Source: a virus
Taxonomy: Duplodnaviria > Caudoviricetes
Virus record (IMG/VR): IMGVR_UViG_3300026522_000028
Coordinates: 1-64,000 of that record
Direction: 5' to 3' (one strand)
Length of the DNA: 64,000 nt
Notes under the pieces: generated by a model
The model's database searches: none
Seen by the model: the letters and a program-made list of their open reading frames with translations, nothing else
Told to the model about the DNA's origin: nothing
Program-made: the position numbers and the translations under genes
Part shown: piece after piece, positions 47,895 through 55,656 of the stretch
Layout: each line of letters starts with the position of its first letter
Numbering within the stretch: position 1 is the first letter of the stretch

Positions 47895-48134
47895 GTGGCC
47901 GTCCGCAGCCGACAACGCTGTCAAGGTAAAATACTTGACAGGCCGTTGGTACATCTGCGAACGATAACTTTTGGCTATACAATCCATAGCCTCATCCTAT
48001 GGCATCCCTATTAATCCCTAGATAGAAGGAAAAACTTTTTTTCAGCTCCGGAAAACCGCCGCGAAGCCAATAACGACGCGGGCTGACAGCGTTTCAGATC
48101 GATCCGTTCGGCATCTGCTGCGCGAAATTCCCTG

Positions 48135-48474
48135 TTGACAACGAACCGATAAAGCGCTATACTGTGAAGCGTCCAAAGGGAACAGGGACAACGCAAGACA
48201 GCGACCCTGCGCCCGTCGCGAATCGTCGAAATTCGACAGGACGAAAAAAGTCCTTGACAACGAACCGATAAAGCGATATAATGGGGGCACCGAAAGGCAA
48301 AGAGGTCCATCCTACGAGACGACTCGGCTACGTGCATTGATTTGACACGCGAGTACGTCGTGGGGGGCGACGCTAAAACTCTATGCTTTTCATAGCTGCC
48401 ATTGTACGCTCGTAGTCTGTCCATTGTCGCCGACGAAAAAAGTCCTTGACAACGAACCGATAAAGCGATATAAT
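48135..48474 (+). promoter_or_regulatory. Three tandem near-identical strong early promoters
   Basis: TTGACA-acgaaccgataaagcg(a/c)-TATA(A/C)T at 48135, 48254 and 48446; A-tract UP element before the second and third. Confidence 0.9.
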
Positions 48475-48680
48475 GGGGACACAAGGTTGAAGGCCGCGAG
48501 GCCAATGACCTAACATTACACCGACGTTGGTAGCATCCCGAACAAGATTGCTACATGCCGTATTACTCTCTATGTAGAGGTCAGACTCTACCATCCAAAC
48601 ACGCGAGAAGCAACGCGTTATAACTCCCTGTCGCTATGTAACAGATGGCGCTCGTCATTGATGGCATAGGCAGACACGTA

Positions 48681-48697
48681 GTCCTTTGAAAACTGAA
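48681..48697 (+). promoter_or_regulatory. rrn-type boxA antitermination element
   Basis: GTCCTTTGAAAACTGAA resembles the Firmicutes rRNA-leader boxA (TCTTTGAAAACT). Confidence 0.6.
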
Positions 48698-49017
48698 GAA
48701 GTGTGTCCCAAAGCCTCCCCATAGCAGGCCCGCAAGAATCCTCTGTTTTGAACGGATACCACTATGGAAGACATGAAACAATGCAAGCGCCGTGGGAAGG
48801 TGCGTAGCAGACGAAGGTCTGTGAGGTATACCGCACGATGTAGATGCTTTGGGTAGTGAGCACAAAATTCCTCTCCTGTAAAAAATTCCGTGACGAGCGC
48901 GGGCAACACCGTGCTCATCATGGGAGGAACTAGGTAGCACCTAGGGACTTCCAATTTTTTTGCAAGTGTGATAACATATTTGTTATTGCAGTAACGGAAT
49001 TACTAGGAGGAATAACT

Positions 49018-49248
49018 ATGAACGCCAGTATTGAAAGACTGCACCGCATCGAACGCGAAGTAACATTGGCAGGTAAAGAAATCCTGTCGATTCGCTGCGA
49101 CGCCCTCGGGTATCGTGTGCTGGAGTACGACGAGAAGAACGTCTGCACCCCCTACGTGGTTCACGCGTGGCTCCCGGGGACTGGGCTCTTCGCAGGTCGA
49201 TACTTCGAACGCAAAGAAGGCGCGGTGGCCGAGTTCGACCGTCATTGA
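49018..49248 (+). CDS. Early hypothetical protein
   Basis: AGGAGG RBS. Confidence 0.7.
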   Translation: MNASIERLHRIEREVTLAGKEILSIRCDALGYRVLEYDEKNVCTPYVVHAWLPGTGLFAGRYFERKEGAVAEFDRH

Positions 49249-49308
49249 CAGTAACGGCGGCATGATGATTCCCATCGTGTCGCTGGTAGTGGCAATGACG
49301 CCACAGGA
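49249..49308 (+). repeat. Early two-hairpin element, copy 1
   Basis: 13-bp stem, GTA, GTGGC-aatgac-GCCAC, AGGA. Confidence 0.75.
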
Positions 49309-49327
49309 ACAACAGGAGGAATAAGCT

Positions 49328-49618
49328 ATGATGACATCTGTAATCGTCGATTATCGCGGAATGAACCATGAAACGGCTATCGAATACAAATGGGTGTTGC
49401 GCGATATCGAAGCGGAGCAAGTGGAAATCCCGCATCTAATCCGCGAGGACAAAGAGCAGGGCATGACCTACGACGAGACGCTGGAAGACCTGCGGACCGC
49501 TCTCGTGCTTGACATGAATGACTGTGTTGAGAGCGACTACATCCGCGAGCTTCTGGGATGCCTTGACATCGACTTCCATGCCATCGCCGAAAGACTGATG
49601 GAAAACTATTGGAATTGA
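49328..49618 (+). CDS. Early acidic hypothetical protein
   Basis: AGGAGG RBS. Confidence 0.7.
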   Translation: MMTSVIVDYRGMNHETAIEYKWVLRDIEAEQVEIPHLIREDKEQGMTYDETLEDLRTALVLDMNDCVESDYIRELLGCLDIDFHAIAERLMENYWN

Positions 49619-49674
49619 TAGTGGCAGCGGCAAGGCAACGTCTTGCCGTTGGTAGTGTCAATCCCGACACAGGA
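49619..49674 (+). repeat. Early two-hairpin element, copy 2
   Basis: CAGCGGCAAG/CTTGCCGTTG stem, GTA, GTGTC-aatccc-GACAC, AGGA. Confidence 0.75.
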
Positions 49675-49692
49675 TTAACAGGAGGAATTACC

Positions 49693-49911
49693 ATGACAGT
49701 ACAGGGAATCGTTGCAACGTCCGCATTCGGCGGGCTCGAAGTTCTTGACATCGAGTACGGCCCGGAGGATCGCGTCGTGTACCGCTGGTGCATCGACGGC
49801 AAAGAGGGGCGCATCTGCCGCGCAAAAATCCGTGATGATGTCGGTGGCCTTCCGTATTTCAAAACGCGGGGGCAGACGGTTTTCATGGATGACGTTCTCG
49901 CAGCACTCTGA
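49693..49911 (+). CDS. Early hypothetical protein
   Basis: AGGAGG RBS before ATG 49693. Confidence 0.7.
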   Translation: MTVQGIVATSAFGGLEVLDIEYGPEDRVVYRWCIDGKEGRICRAKIRDDVGGLPYFKTRGQTVFMDDVLAAL

Positions 49912-49977
49912 AAATCCGCAGTAATCTAGGCACGACAAGGAAGTCGTGTCTAGGGTAGTGGGGATTTTCCCACAGGA
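49912..49977 (+). repeat. Early two-hairpin element, copy 3
   Basis: TCCGCAGTAAT, CTAGGCACGAC/GTCGTGTCTAG stem, GTA, GTGGG-gatttt-CCCAC, AGGA. Confidence 0.8.
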
Positions 49978-49997
49978 AAAGACAGGAGGAATTTACT

Positions 49998-50039
49998 ATG
50001 AGGCATCTAGAACGTCCCCCGCCGCCGCCTACATATTAA
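49998..50039 (+). CDS. 13-aa poly-proline mini-ORF MRHLERPPPPPTY
   Basis: Same strong AGGAGG RBS as its neighbours; translation untested. Confidence 0.35.
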   Translation: MRHLERPPPPPTY

Positions 50040-50119
50040 TTTACGTATTATTGTAGGTGTACATGGAGGAAATGGAAATGCATTGGCGATAGTAGAGAAT
50101 ACGTAGTCGAATAGCCGAA

Positions 50120-50169
50120 ACGACCGTTGGATGCATACAACGGTTGTCTGTCGGGAATGACCCCCCGGC
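50120..50169 (+). repeat. Early two-hairpin element, divergent copy
   Basis: ACGACCGTTG/CAACGGTTGT stem followed by GTCGGG-aatgac..-CCCGGC; loop matches copy 1. Confidence 0.45.
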
Positions 50170-50214
50170 ACCGATGAGGCAGGTCAGCCTAGGGAAAAGA
50201 CAGGAGGAATTACC

Positions 50215-50526
50215 ATGAGACTGAAAACCGTTGAAAAGCTCATCAAGTACGCCGACATTCGCAAGGGTAGCGGCACGACACTCGGGAACCATTGGGTATC
50301 GGTCGGTTCCCTGAAGTTGAGCGTAACCTTCGGATACCATTCGACGGCAATCGCCCGGGTCTTGTTCAATCACAAGACCATCGAGTTCGACAATGGAGGC
50401 TGGGACACTTCGAGCACCAACACGGCTCTTCGCGACTACTTCGGCGAATACGTCGTAAAGCGCGGCTACAAAGACGTGACGGACTACACGAAGCATGCAG
50501 ACATTCGTCGTCGGCTCTATCGGTGA
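50215..50526 (+). CDS. Early hypothetical protein
   Basis: AGGAGG RBS. Confidence 0.7.
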   Translation: MRLKTVEKLIKYADIRKGSGTTLGNHWVSVGSLKLSVTFGYHSTAIARVLFNHKTIEFDNGGWDTSSTNTALRDYFGEYVVKRGYKDVTDYTKHADIRRRLYR

Positions 50527-50563
50527 GGGACATTTTCCCACAGGAACAACAGGAGGAATAACC

Positions 50564-50974
50564 ATGAAAAACGCAACGGTCACATTCAAGAACGGCAAGA
50601 CGCTGGGTATCTACGACGGCAAATTCTTCGGCGTCGAGGTATCGACGGAGCCGTGCATGAAAGGGCAGCTGGACTACTACGCCATGATTCACGGATTCTG
50701 CGACGCAATGATTTTGAACAATGAAATCATTCGCCATGCCGATGACTGGGAGGTGGTAAACGGCAGCGACTACGATGAGGAAACGGGGGAGTATTTCGAG
50801 GTATTCCAGTATTTCATCATCGACGGCAATGGCGCGGAGTATCTGGAGGAATACACGGATCAACTCGTGTACTATAGCGAATCGCTGGACATGTATCTGC
50901 TCGGGGTGACGCACTGCGGAACCGCGTGGGACTGCGTAAACTCTGGGTACGAGGTAACGGCAGAAGCCGAATGA
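50564..50974 (+). CDS. Early acidic protein with an EVFQYFII...YLLGVTHCGTAWD motif
   Basis: AGGAGG RBS; motif type recalled from phage early regions. Confidence 0.7.
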   Translation: MKNATVTFKNGKTLGIYDGKFFGVEVSTEPCMKGQLDYYAMIHGFCDAMILNNEIIRHADDWEVVNGSDYDEETGEYFEVFQYFIIDGNGAEYLEEYTDQLVYYSESLDMYLLGVTHCGTAWDCVNSGYEVTAEAE

Positions 50975-50999
50975 CACTAGGGACACAGGAGGAATTACA

Positions 51000-51317
51000 A
51001 TGAGATTCTATGGACATTGCATGGAGGAAAACGGCTTCGATGTAATCCGTGATTTCCGCATGGGCAAATGGGAGATTGCCGTGTCGGAGCCGTACAAGAA
51101 TTACAAGGGTGAACCGAAAATCACGGTGCTTGTCGGTGACGATTTCGGCGGTGACTACGTGCATTGGTGGCTCTTCAAGGATTCCGATGGTATCCAGAAA
51201 CAGCACATCAACTACACGCAGGCGTCCGACGCATACATGCCGCCGCCGTACATCTGCAGGAAAATCGCAGAAGTCTTCCAGCGCACCGCTGAGGAGTATG
51301 GGATTTTGGAGGGATAA
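51000..51317 (+). CDS. Early hypothetical protein
   Basis: AGGAGG RBS. Confidence 0.7.
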   Translation: MRFYGHCMEENGFDVIRDFRMGKWEIAVSEPYKNYKGEPKITVLVGDDFGGDYVHWWLFKDSDGIQKQHINYTQASDAYMPPPYICRKIAEVFQRTAEEYGILEG

Positions 51318-51319
51318 CA

Positions 51320-51577
51320 ATGGAGGCACGCATTTATGGACTGCTGGAAAATCGTATCTACGATTCGGCCATGAGTTACTTTGGCAAACTGATGGAGGCA
51401 CGAGAACACCACACGGAGGTGAATGTGTATTGCTCTGGGAGAGCACAAGGAAAAGTGTTTGCACTCATTGATTTTGCGGTAGCCGCTGGGATGACCGAGG
51501 ATTACGCCGCATTGCTTTACAGAAAAGCACGGAAATCATTCGCGGTTCAGCACAATATGAGCGAGGAGGATTTGTAA
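51320..51577 (+). CDS. Early hypothetical protein
   Basis: GGAGG RBS, operon packing. Confidence 0.65.
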   Translation: MEARIYGLLENRIYDSAMSYFGKLMEAREHHTEVNVYCSGRAQGKVFALIDFAVAAGMTEDYAALLYRKARKSFAVQHNMSEEDL

Positions 51578-51768
51578 TGGAAAATCTGAAAACAATCGCC
51601 GCATTCATCGTAGCCACCGCAGCGCGTCCATTCGTGTCGCGACGGTTCCCCGTGTACGACGAGGGAGGCGTGATGGTATCGACGTATTCGATAACGCCCC
51701 GATTCGTCTGGGTGAATCGGGGGATTGCGCTGGTGATGCTCGGCGTATTCGTCGGGATGCACATCTGA
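51577..51768 (+). CDS. Small membrane-anchored early protein
   Basis: GAGGAGG RBS; C-terminal hydrophobic segment. Confidence 0.6.
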   Translation: MENLKTIAAFIVATAARPFVSRRFPVYDEGGVMVSTYSITPRFVWVNRGIALVMLGVFVGMHI

Positions 51769-51832
51769 AAATCCGCAGTAATCTGGGCGCGTCAAGGGAC
51801 GTGCCTAGGCTAGTGGGGATTTTCCCACAGAA
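51769..51832 (+). repeat. Early two-hairpin element, copy 4
   Basis: TCCGCAGTAA, TCTGGGCGCGTC/GACGTGCCTAGG stem, CTA, GTGGG-gatttt-CCCAC, AGAA. Confidence 0.8.
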
Positions 51833-51848
51833 ATAGGGAGGTATATCC

Positions 51849-52025
51849 ATGAAATACAAAATGAATGTCAAAGAAATCCTGTCTCGCACCGTGGAAATCG
51901 AGGCCGATTCGTTGGAGGACGCGAATCGAAAGGTCCACCAGCTCTATGATGCAGAGGAAATCGTGCTGGACTCTTCGGACTGGCAGGAGACAATCATCGA
52001 TGAGGCAGAAGAAGCGGAGGAATAA
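51849..52025 (+). CDS. DpnD/PcfM-like small protein
   Basis: Own translation MKYKMNVKEILSRTVEIEADSLEDANRKVHQLYDAEEIVLDSSDW...; GGAGGT RBS. Confidence 0.65.
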   Translation: MKYKMNVKEILSRTVEIEADSLEDANRKVHQLYDAEEIVLDSSDWQETIIDEAEEAEE

Positions 52026-52028
52026 ACC

Positions 52029-52289
52029 ATGAAGCGCTATGATAACTGGTATGGTATCAAGGAGTTCGATTTCATCTACTACAACGAATGGGAGGACCCG
52101 ACGCTTGTATTCGATGGGACGTCAATTAACGTCCATGACATCGAAGACTATTTCTGGGAGGAATACCTAGAGGACGGCGGTGAAGACCAGAATTTCGATG
52201 CATTCGGCGAATACCTGCGGGATAATGCCGATGAAGTTCTGGAGGAAGCGCGGAGAATTGCCGCAATCACAAGGGAAGAGGAGGCATAA
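52029..52289 (+). CDS. Highly acidic early protein (DNA-mimic candidate)
   Basis: 26 D+E versus 7 K+R in 86 aa. Confidence 0.7.
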   Translation: MKRYDNWYGIKEFDFIYYNEWEDPTLVFDGTSINVHDIEDYFWEEYLEDGGEDQNFDAFGEYLRDNADEVLEEARRIAAITREEEA

Positions 52290-52291
52290 CG

Positions 52292-52486
52292 ATGGAGATC
52301 ATCGGAACTAGGGAAACGTCAGAGGGATTCTACACACTTGTGCGAGGCGCGTATGGAATCGTCGTGTTGTTCAAGCGCACATCCAATCTGCTTCACCGAT
52401 ATGTTTTGAAATACGGTCAGAATCCATGCAAGGTGAAGACCATTGATGATGCATTGAAATGTGCATGGGATGAAACGGGGTGCTGA
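52292..52486 (+). CDS. Early hypothetical protein
   Basis: GGAGG RBS. Confidence 0.6.
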   Translation: MEIIGTRETSEGFYTLVRGAYGIVVLFKRTSNLLHRYVLKYGQNPCKVKTIDDALKCAWDETGC

Positions 52487-52488
52487 CA

Positions 52489-52767
52489 ATGGAACCATTG
52501 AGAACTACTGTGGTGTTCCGCAAGTTTAGGGACGGCGATGTCATCGCATTGTTCCCAGAGGACGGGGAGTTTTCCAGCGGTCGCATCATGACCTACATGC
52601 ACGACGGGCAGCACTGTTCTGCGCCGTATCCAGAAATCGTGCAAGGGACAATCCCAGCGATGCCGGAGGAATACGCCGACCTGTTGGAGGAACTGAAATA
52701 CGTTGGTTACATTCCGGTTGTGCGGAAGAAATGCCATGTAAAGTGGAGCTGCCAGTATCGGTATTGA
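52489..52767 (+). CDS. Early hypothetical protein (VVFRKF...IALFP...HDGQH family)
   Basis: Operon packing; motif type recalled from mobile elements. Confidence 0.7.
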   Translation: MEPLRTTVVFRKFRDGDVIALFPEDGEFSSGRIMTYMHDGQHCSAPYPEIVQGTIPAMPEEYADLLEELKYVGYIPVVRKKCHVKWSCQYRY

Positions 52768-52783
52768 ATGGAGGACTGAAATC

Positions 52784-53131
52784 ATGAAGAACGAACAGAA
52801 TTACAAGGGATTCGCGGCCATCCGTGACAAGGCGGTGGAGATTGGAATGCCGAAGTATTGGGCAACAGACCTAGGGATCGACGCGATGTCCCTGTGGGAA
52901 CACAAGGACACACCGTTCATCTGGATTCCTCGTGAGTGCGGCACGGCTCTCGTGCTGCTCGACGAAACGAACAAGACAATACAGGATTGCGGGCTGGGTA
53001 TCGTAGACTACTATCGGACGCAGGAGGAGACAGCACGGTTCTTCTATTGGGACGGCGATAGGCTAACCGAGAAAACTGGAGATGAAGCCTACGATATAAC
53101 CGCAACCGCATTCTCTGCAATCGCAGGATAA
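52784..53131 (+). CDS. Early hypothetical protein
   Basis: GGAGG RBS; FIWIPRECGT motif. Confidence 0.7.
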   Translation: MKNEQNYKGFAAIRDKAVEIGMPKYWATDLGIDAMSLWEHKDTPFIWIPRECGTALVLLDETNKTIQDCGLGIVDYYRTQEETARFFYWDGDRLTEKTGDEAYDITATAFSAIAG

Positions 53132-53148
53132 CATTTTGCAAAAACTAC

Positions 53149-53177
53149 TTGACAATGACACGATAATCGTCTATAAT
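53149..53177 (+). promoter_or_regulatory. Internal consensus sigmaA promoter
   Basis: TTGACA-17-TATAAT. Confidence 0.85.
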
Positions 53178-53253
53178 GAAACCATCGAGAGGCGATAGGG
53201 ACAACAAAGATATACGCAGACGATAACATCTATGTGAACGGAGGAACGGAACA

Positions 53254-53601
53254 ATGAAATCCTATGACGAAATCGTTGAAGAAATCTACAACATGAACGA
53301 TGAGGAAATCGTGAACATCTGGAATGAGTATTGCGACTACGCAAACAACGATGACCGCATCTATCCGATGGACGAGTTTGAGTCCATCGCAGAGCCGCCG
53401 TCGAAATGCTGGGACGAGTTCTGGGAAATGTTCGATGACCTGAAGGACTTCGACCGTAATGCCGCGTGGTTCTACAAAGATGACCGCTGGGATTGCTGGA
53501 CTTCCCTTGACAATCCTTGGGATGTAGTCAGTCCAGAGGATATGGCTAGGGCCATCGCCGATGGAGACTTCGATCCGAGCTGGGATTTTGAGGAGGAATG
53601 A
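53254..53601 (+). CDS. Highly acidic early protein (DNA-mimic candidate)
   Basis: About 31% D+E over 115 aa; first gene after the promoter. Confidence 0.7.
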   Translation: MKSYDEIVEEIYNMNDEEIVNIWNEYCDYANNDDRIYPMDEFESIAEPPSKCWDEFWEMFDDLKDFDRNAAWFYKDDRWDCWTSLDNPWDVVSPEDMARAIADGDFDPSWDFEEE

Positions 53602-53605
53602 ACCA

Positions 53606-53914
53606 ATGGAAGTCACAGAACTTTCCCGTGACCAGCTCACGGAGCTCAAAGGGAATTACCTTGACGAACGAATGGACGGCAGCGCAAGCTGGGGAGAAAT
53701 TGCCGACGCCGACGAAATCATCAGCGACGCCGAAATCTTTGAGGCATACGCGGGATACGAGTTCGGCAACGATGACTTCTTCTGCACCGCTGGAATTTCA
53801 GAGGACTTATTCGACGCCGACGAGCGGACTGTCCTAAGAAGCGTCCGCCAATGCGCCGACAGGATTACTTTGGAAGACATCGAGCGCAACGCAAGCATAG
53901 TTTGCGCCGTGTGA
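53606..53914 (+). CDS. Acidic early protein
   Basis: GAGGAGG RBS before ATG 53606. Confidence 0.65.
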   Translation: MEVTELSRDQLTELKGNYLDERMDGSASWGEIADADEIISDAEIFEAYAGYEFGNDDFFCTAGISEDLFDADERTVLRSVRQCADRITLEDIERNASIVCAV

Positions 53915-53930
53915 TTGGAGGAATTGAACG

Positions 53931-54572
53931 ATGAAAGAGCAGAAAATCAGAGTGTATGTTCCGTCGATTCAGATGGTGAAGACCTACAGATACGACGAGC
54001 TGCCGGAGGAATCCAAGGGAAGCATTCGGGATGAATGGAGAGATGGCGATGATTACGATTGGTCGGAGGAGATTGCTTCGATGAAAGCTATCGCGAAAGC
54101 ATTGAACTGTGACCTGCGATACGAGCAGGACCCGTGGGGTTGGACTGTGAGACTGTCTCCGAACTTCGAGTACATAGACGAGGAGAAAATCAGCGGTGTG
54201 CGTGCTCTGGCGTACATCGAAAACAAATTCATCACGCCGAACGAGAAAGGGAAGTTCTATGGATACTTCTACAACTACGGAAAGCGCGAATACAGGGGAA
54301 TCACGAAGAGTTTGGATTGTCCGTTCACAGGGTTCTGGCTGGACGATGACCTGCGGGTTGCCTATGAAATCTGGAAGGATCACCTGCGTGGAAATCCGCA
54401 GATAACCGTCGAAGATTTCCTGATGTTTGTCGAGGACACGCTGAAGAAAGACTTGGATTCCATCGTCGAAGACCATCAGACCGACGAGTATGTTGACGAA
54501 GAAATCGAAGCGAACTGGGATGACCGCTGGTATACCATCGACGGTAGGGATGTGACCGATGATATTGCATGA
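53931..54572 (+). CDS. Early protein (Y.YDEL...EEIEANWDD.WYT.DG type)
   Basis: GGAGG RBS; terminal motifs typical of a widespread phage early family. Confidence 0.7.
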   Translation: MKEQKIRVYVPSIQMVKTYRYDELPEESKGSIRDEWRDGDDYDWSEEIASMKAIAKALNCDLRYEQDPWGWTVRLSPNFEYIDEEKISGVRALAYIENKFITPNEKGKFYGYFYNYGKREYRGITKSLDCPFTGFWLDDDLRVAYEIWKDHLRGNPQITVEDFLMFVEDTLKKDLDSIVEDHQTDEYVDEEIEANWDDRWYTIDGRDVTDDIA

Positions 54573-54635
54573 GTGTCCGCAGTAATCTGGGCGCATCCGA
54601 TGATGTGCCTAGGCTAGTGGGGATTCTCCCATAGA
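54573..54635 (+). repeat. Early two-hairpin element, copy 5
   Basis: TCCGCAGTAA, TCTGGGCGCATC/GATGTGCCTAGG stem, CTA, GTGGG-gattct-CCCAT. Confidence 0.8.
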
Positions 54636-54681
54636 GGTATAGAGGTATAACGCTATAGAGGTATGGAGGTATAGAGGTATG
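54631..54681 (+). repeat. Dispersed copy of the parS-like array; supplies the RBS and ATG of the next gene
   Basis: ATAGAGGTATAGAGGTATAACGCTATAGAGGTATGGAGGTATAGAGGT-ATG. Confidence 0.8.
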
Positions 54682-54939
54682 AAAATGTATCTGATTCTCG
54701 TAGATGATTCGTCGAATTGCACGACAATGCAGGCCGCGTTTTCCACTAGGGAAAAGGCGCAGGAGTTCTTCGCGAAAGAGATGGAAGACTACTGGCCGAA
54801 AGCAGAGTGGAACAACGGCAGCTATGACATCGACGGAAAGACCGCCGAGGAATGCATTGAGAAGCTGGAGTTCTATGACGCTGGGGACAATCATCTGTAC
54901 GGCATGGAACTCGAAGTTGACTCTGGTAAATGGATGTAA
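54679..54939 (+). CDS. Early acidic hypothetical protein
   Basis: ORF track; RBS inside the repeat. Confidence 0.7.
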   Translation: MKMYLILVDDSSNCTTMQAAFSTREKAQEFFAKEMEDYWPKAEWNNGSYDIDGKTAEECIEKLEFYDAGDNHLYGMELEVDSGKWM

Positions 54940-54952
54940 GGAGGAACTAGCG

Positions 54953-55390
54953 ATGATTGACTATGAAAACAAAAAGATTGCCGTGGAGTGGAACGTCGAT
55001 GACGTGCAGGATGTTATCAATGGGATGCGGTCGAACAATAAACGGTTCGTCCCTGCGCTGACCGAGGAAGAAAAGTTCCGGGTGCTGGTGTACTGCGAGG
55101 AAAACCACAATGCAGCCTATGGCATCAGTTGGGATTCCATCACGGATGCCTTGCACCGTCTCTATGGGGACAGAGAGAAACGCTGTGCCTACGTCTATGA
55201 CATCAATGAAACCATCGAAGACTGGGAGCGCAATCTCAAAACACGGTTCGTCCCTGCGCTGACCGAGGAGGAAAAGCAGCGTGCCGTTGACTACTTCGAC
55301 GAGCACGATGACGGGAAGAAGTTCTTCTGGGATGGCATCGAGGAAGCATTGGACACACTCTATGGAGACAGGGAGGTCGAGGGAAAATGA
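54953..55390 (+). CDS. Internally duplicated early protein
   Basis: Two copies of RFVPALTEEEK...W..I..AL..LYGDRE; AAGGAGG RBS. Confidence 0.7.
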   Translation: MIDYENKKIAVEWNVDDVQDVINGMRSNNKRFVPALTEEEKFRVLVYCEENHNAAYGISWDSITDALHRLYGDREKRCAYVYDINETIEDWERNLKTRFVPALTEEEKQRAVDYFDEHDDGKKFFWDGIEEALDTLYGDREVEGK

Positions 55391-55650
55391 GAGTCATACT
55401 GACCTATTGTGAAACAGAACATCCCGTGTCTTGTAACTGGATGCTGGAGCCGAACAAATACCCTGTATGCACGGAGGAGTTCGACATCCCGCAAGTCGAT
55501 GGGCGCATCGTATTGAAGGATGGATGCAGATGCTTCGACGATGTACTCGTCGAATCCCCCTACGGCAGATACATAGATACTGAAACAGGGAAACGCTACC
55601 ACGTTTGCACCGGACACCCTGAAACTATGAAACTCGTGAAGGAGAACTGA
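55387..55650 (+). CDS. Early hypothetical protein
   Basis: Overlapping stop/start. Confidence 0.65.
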   Translation: MRVILTYCETEHPVSCNWMLEPNKYPVCTEEFDIPQVDGRIVLKDGCRCFDDVLVESPYGRYIDTETGKRYHVCTGHPETMKLVKEN

Positions 55651-55656
55651 TTAACC

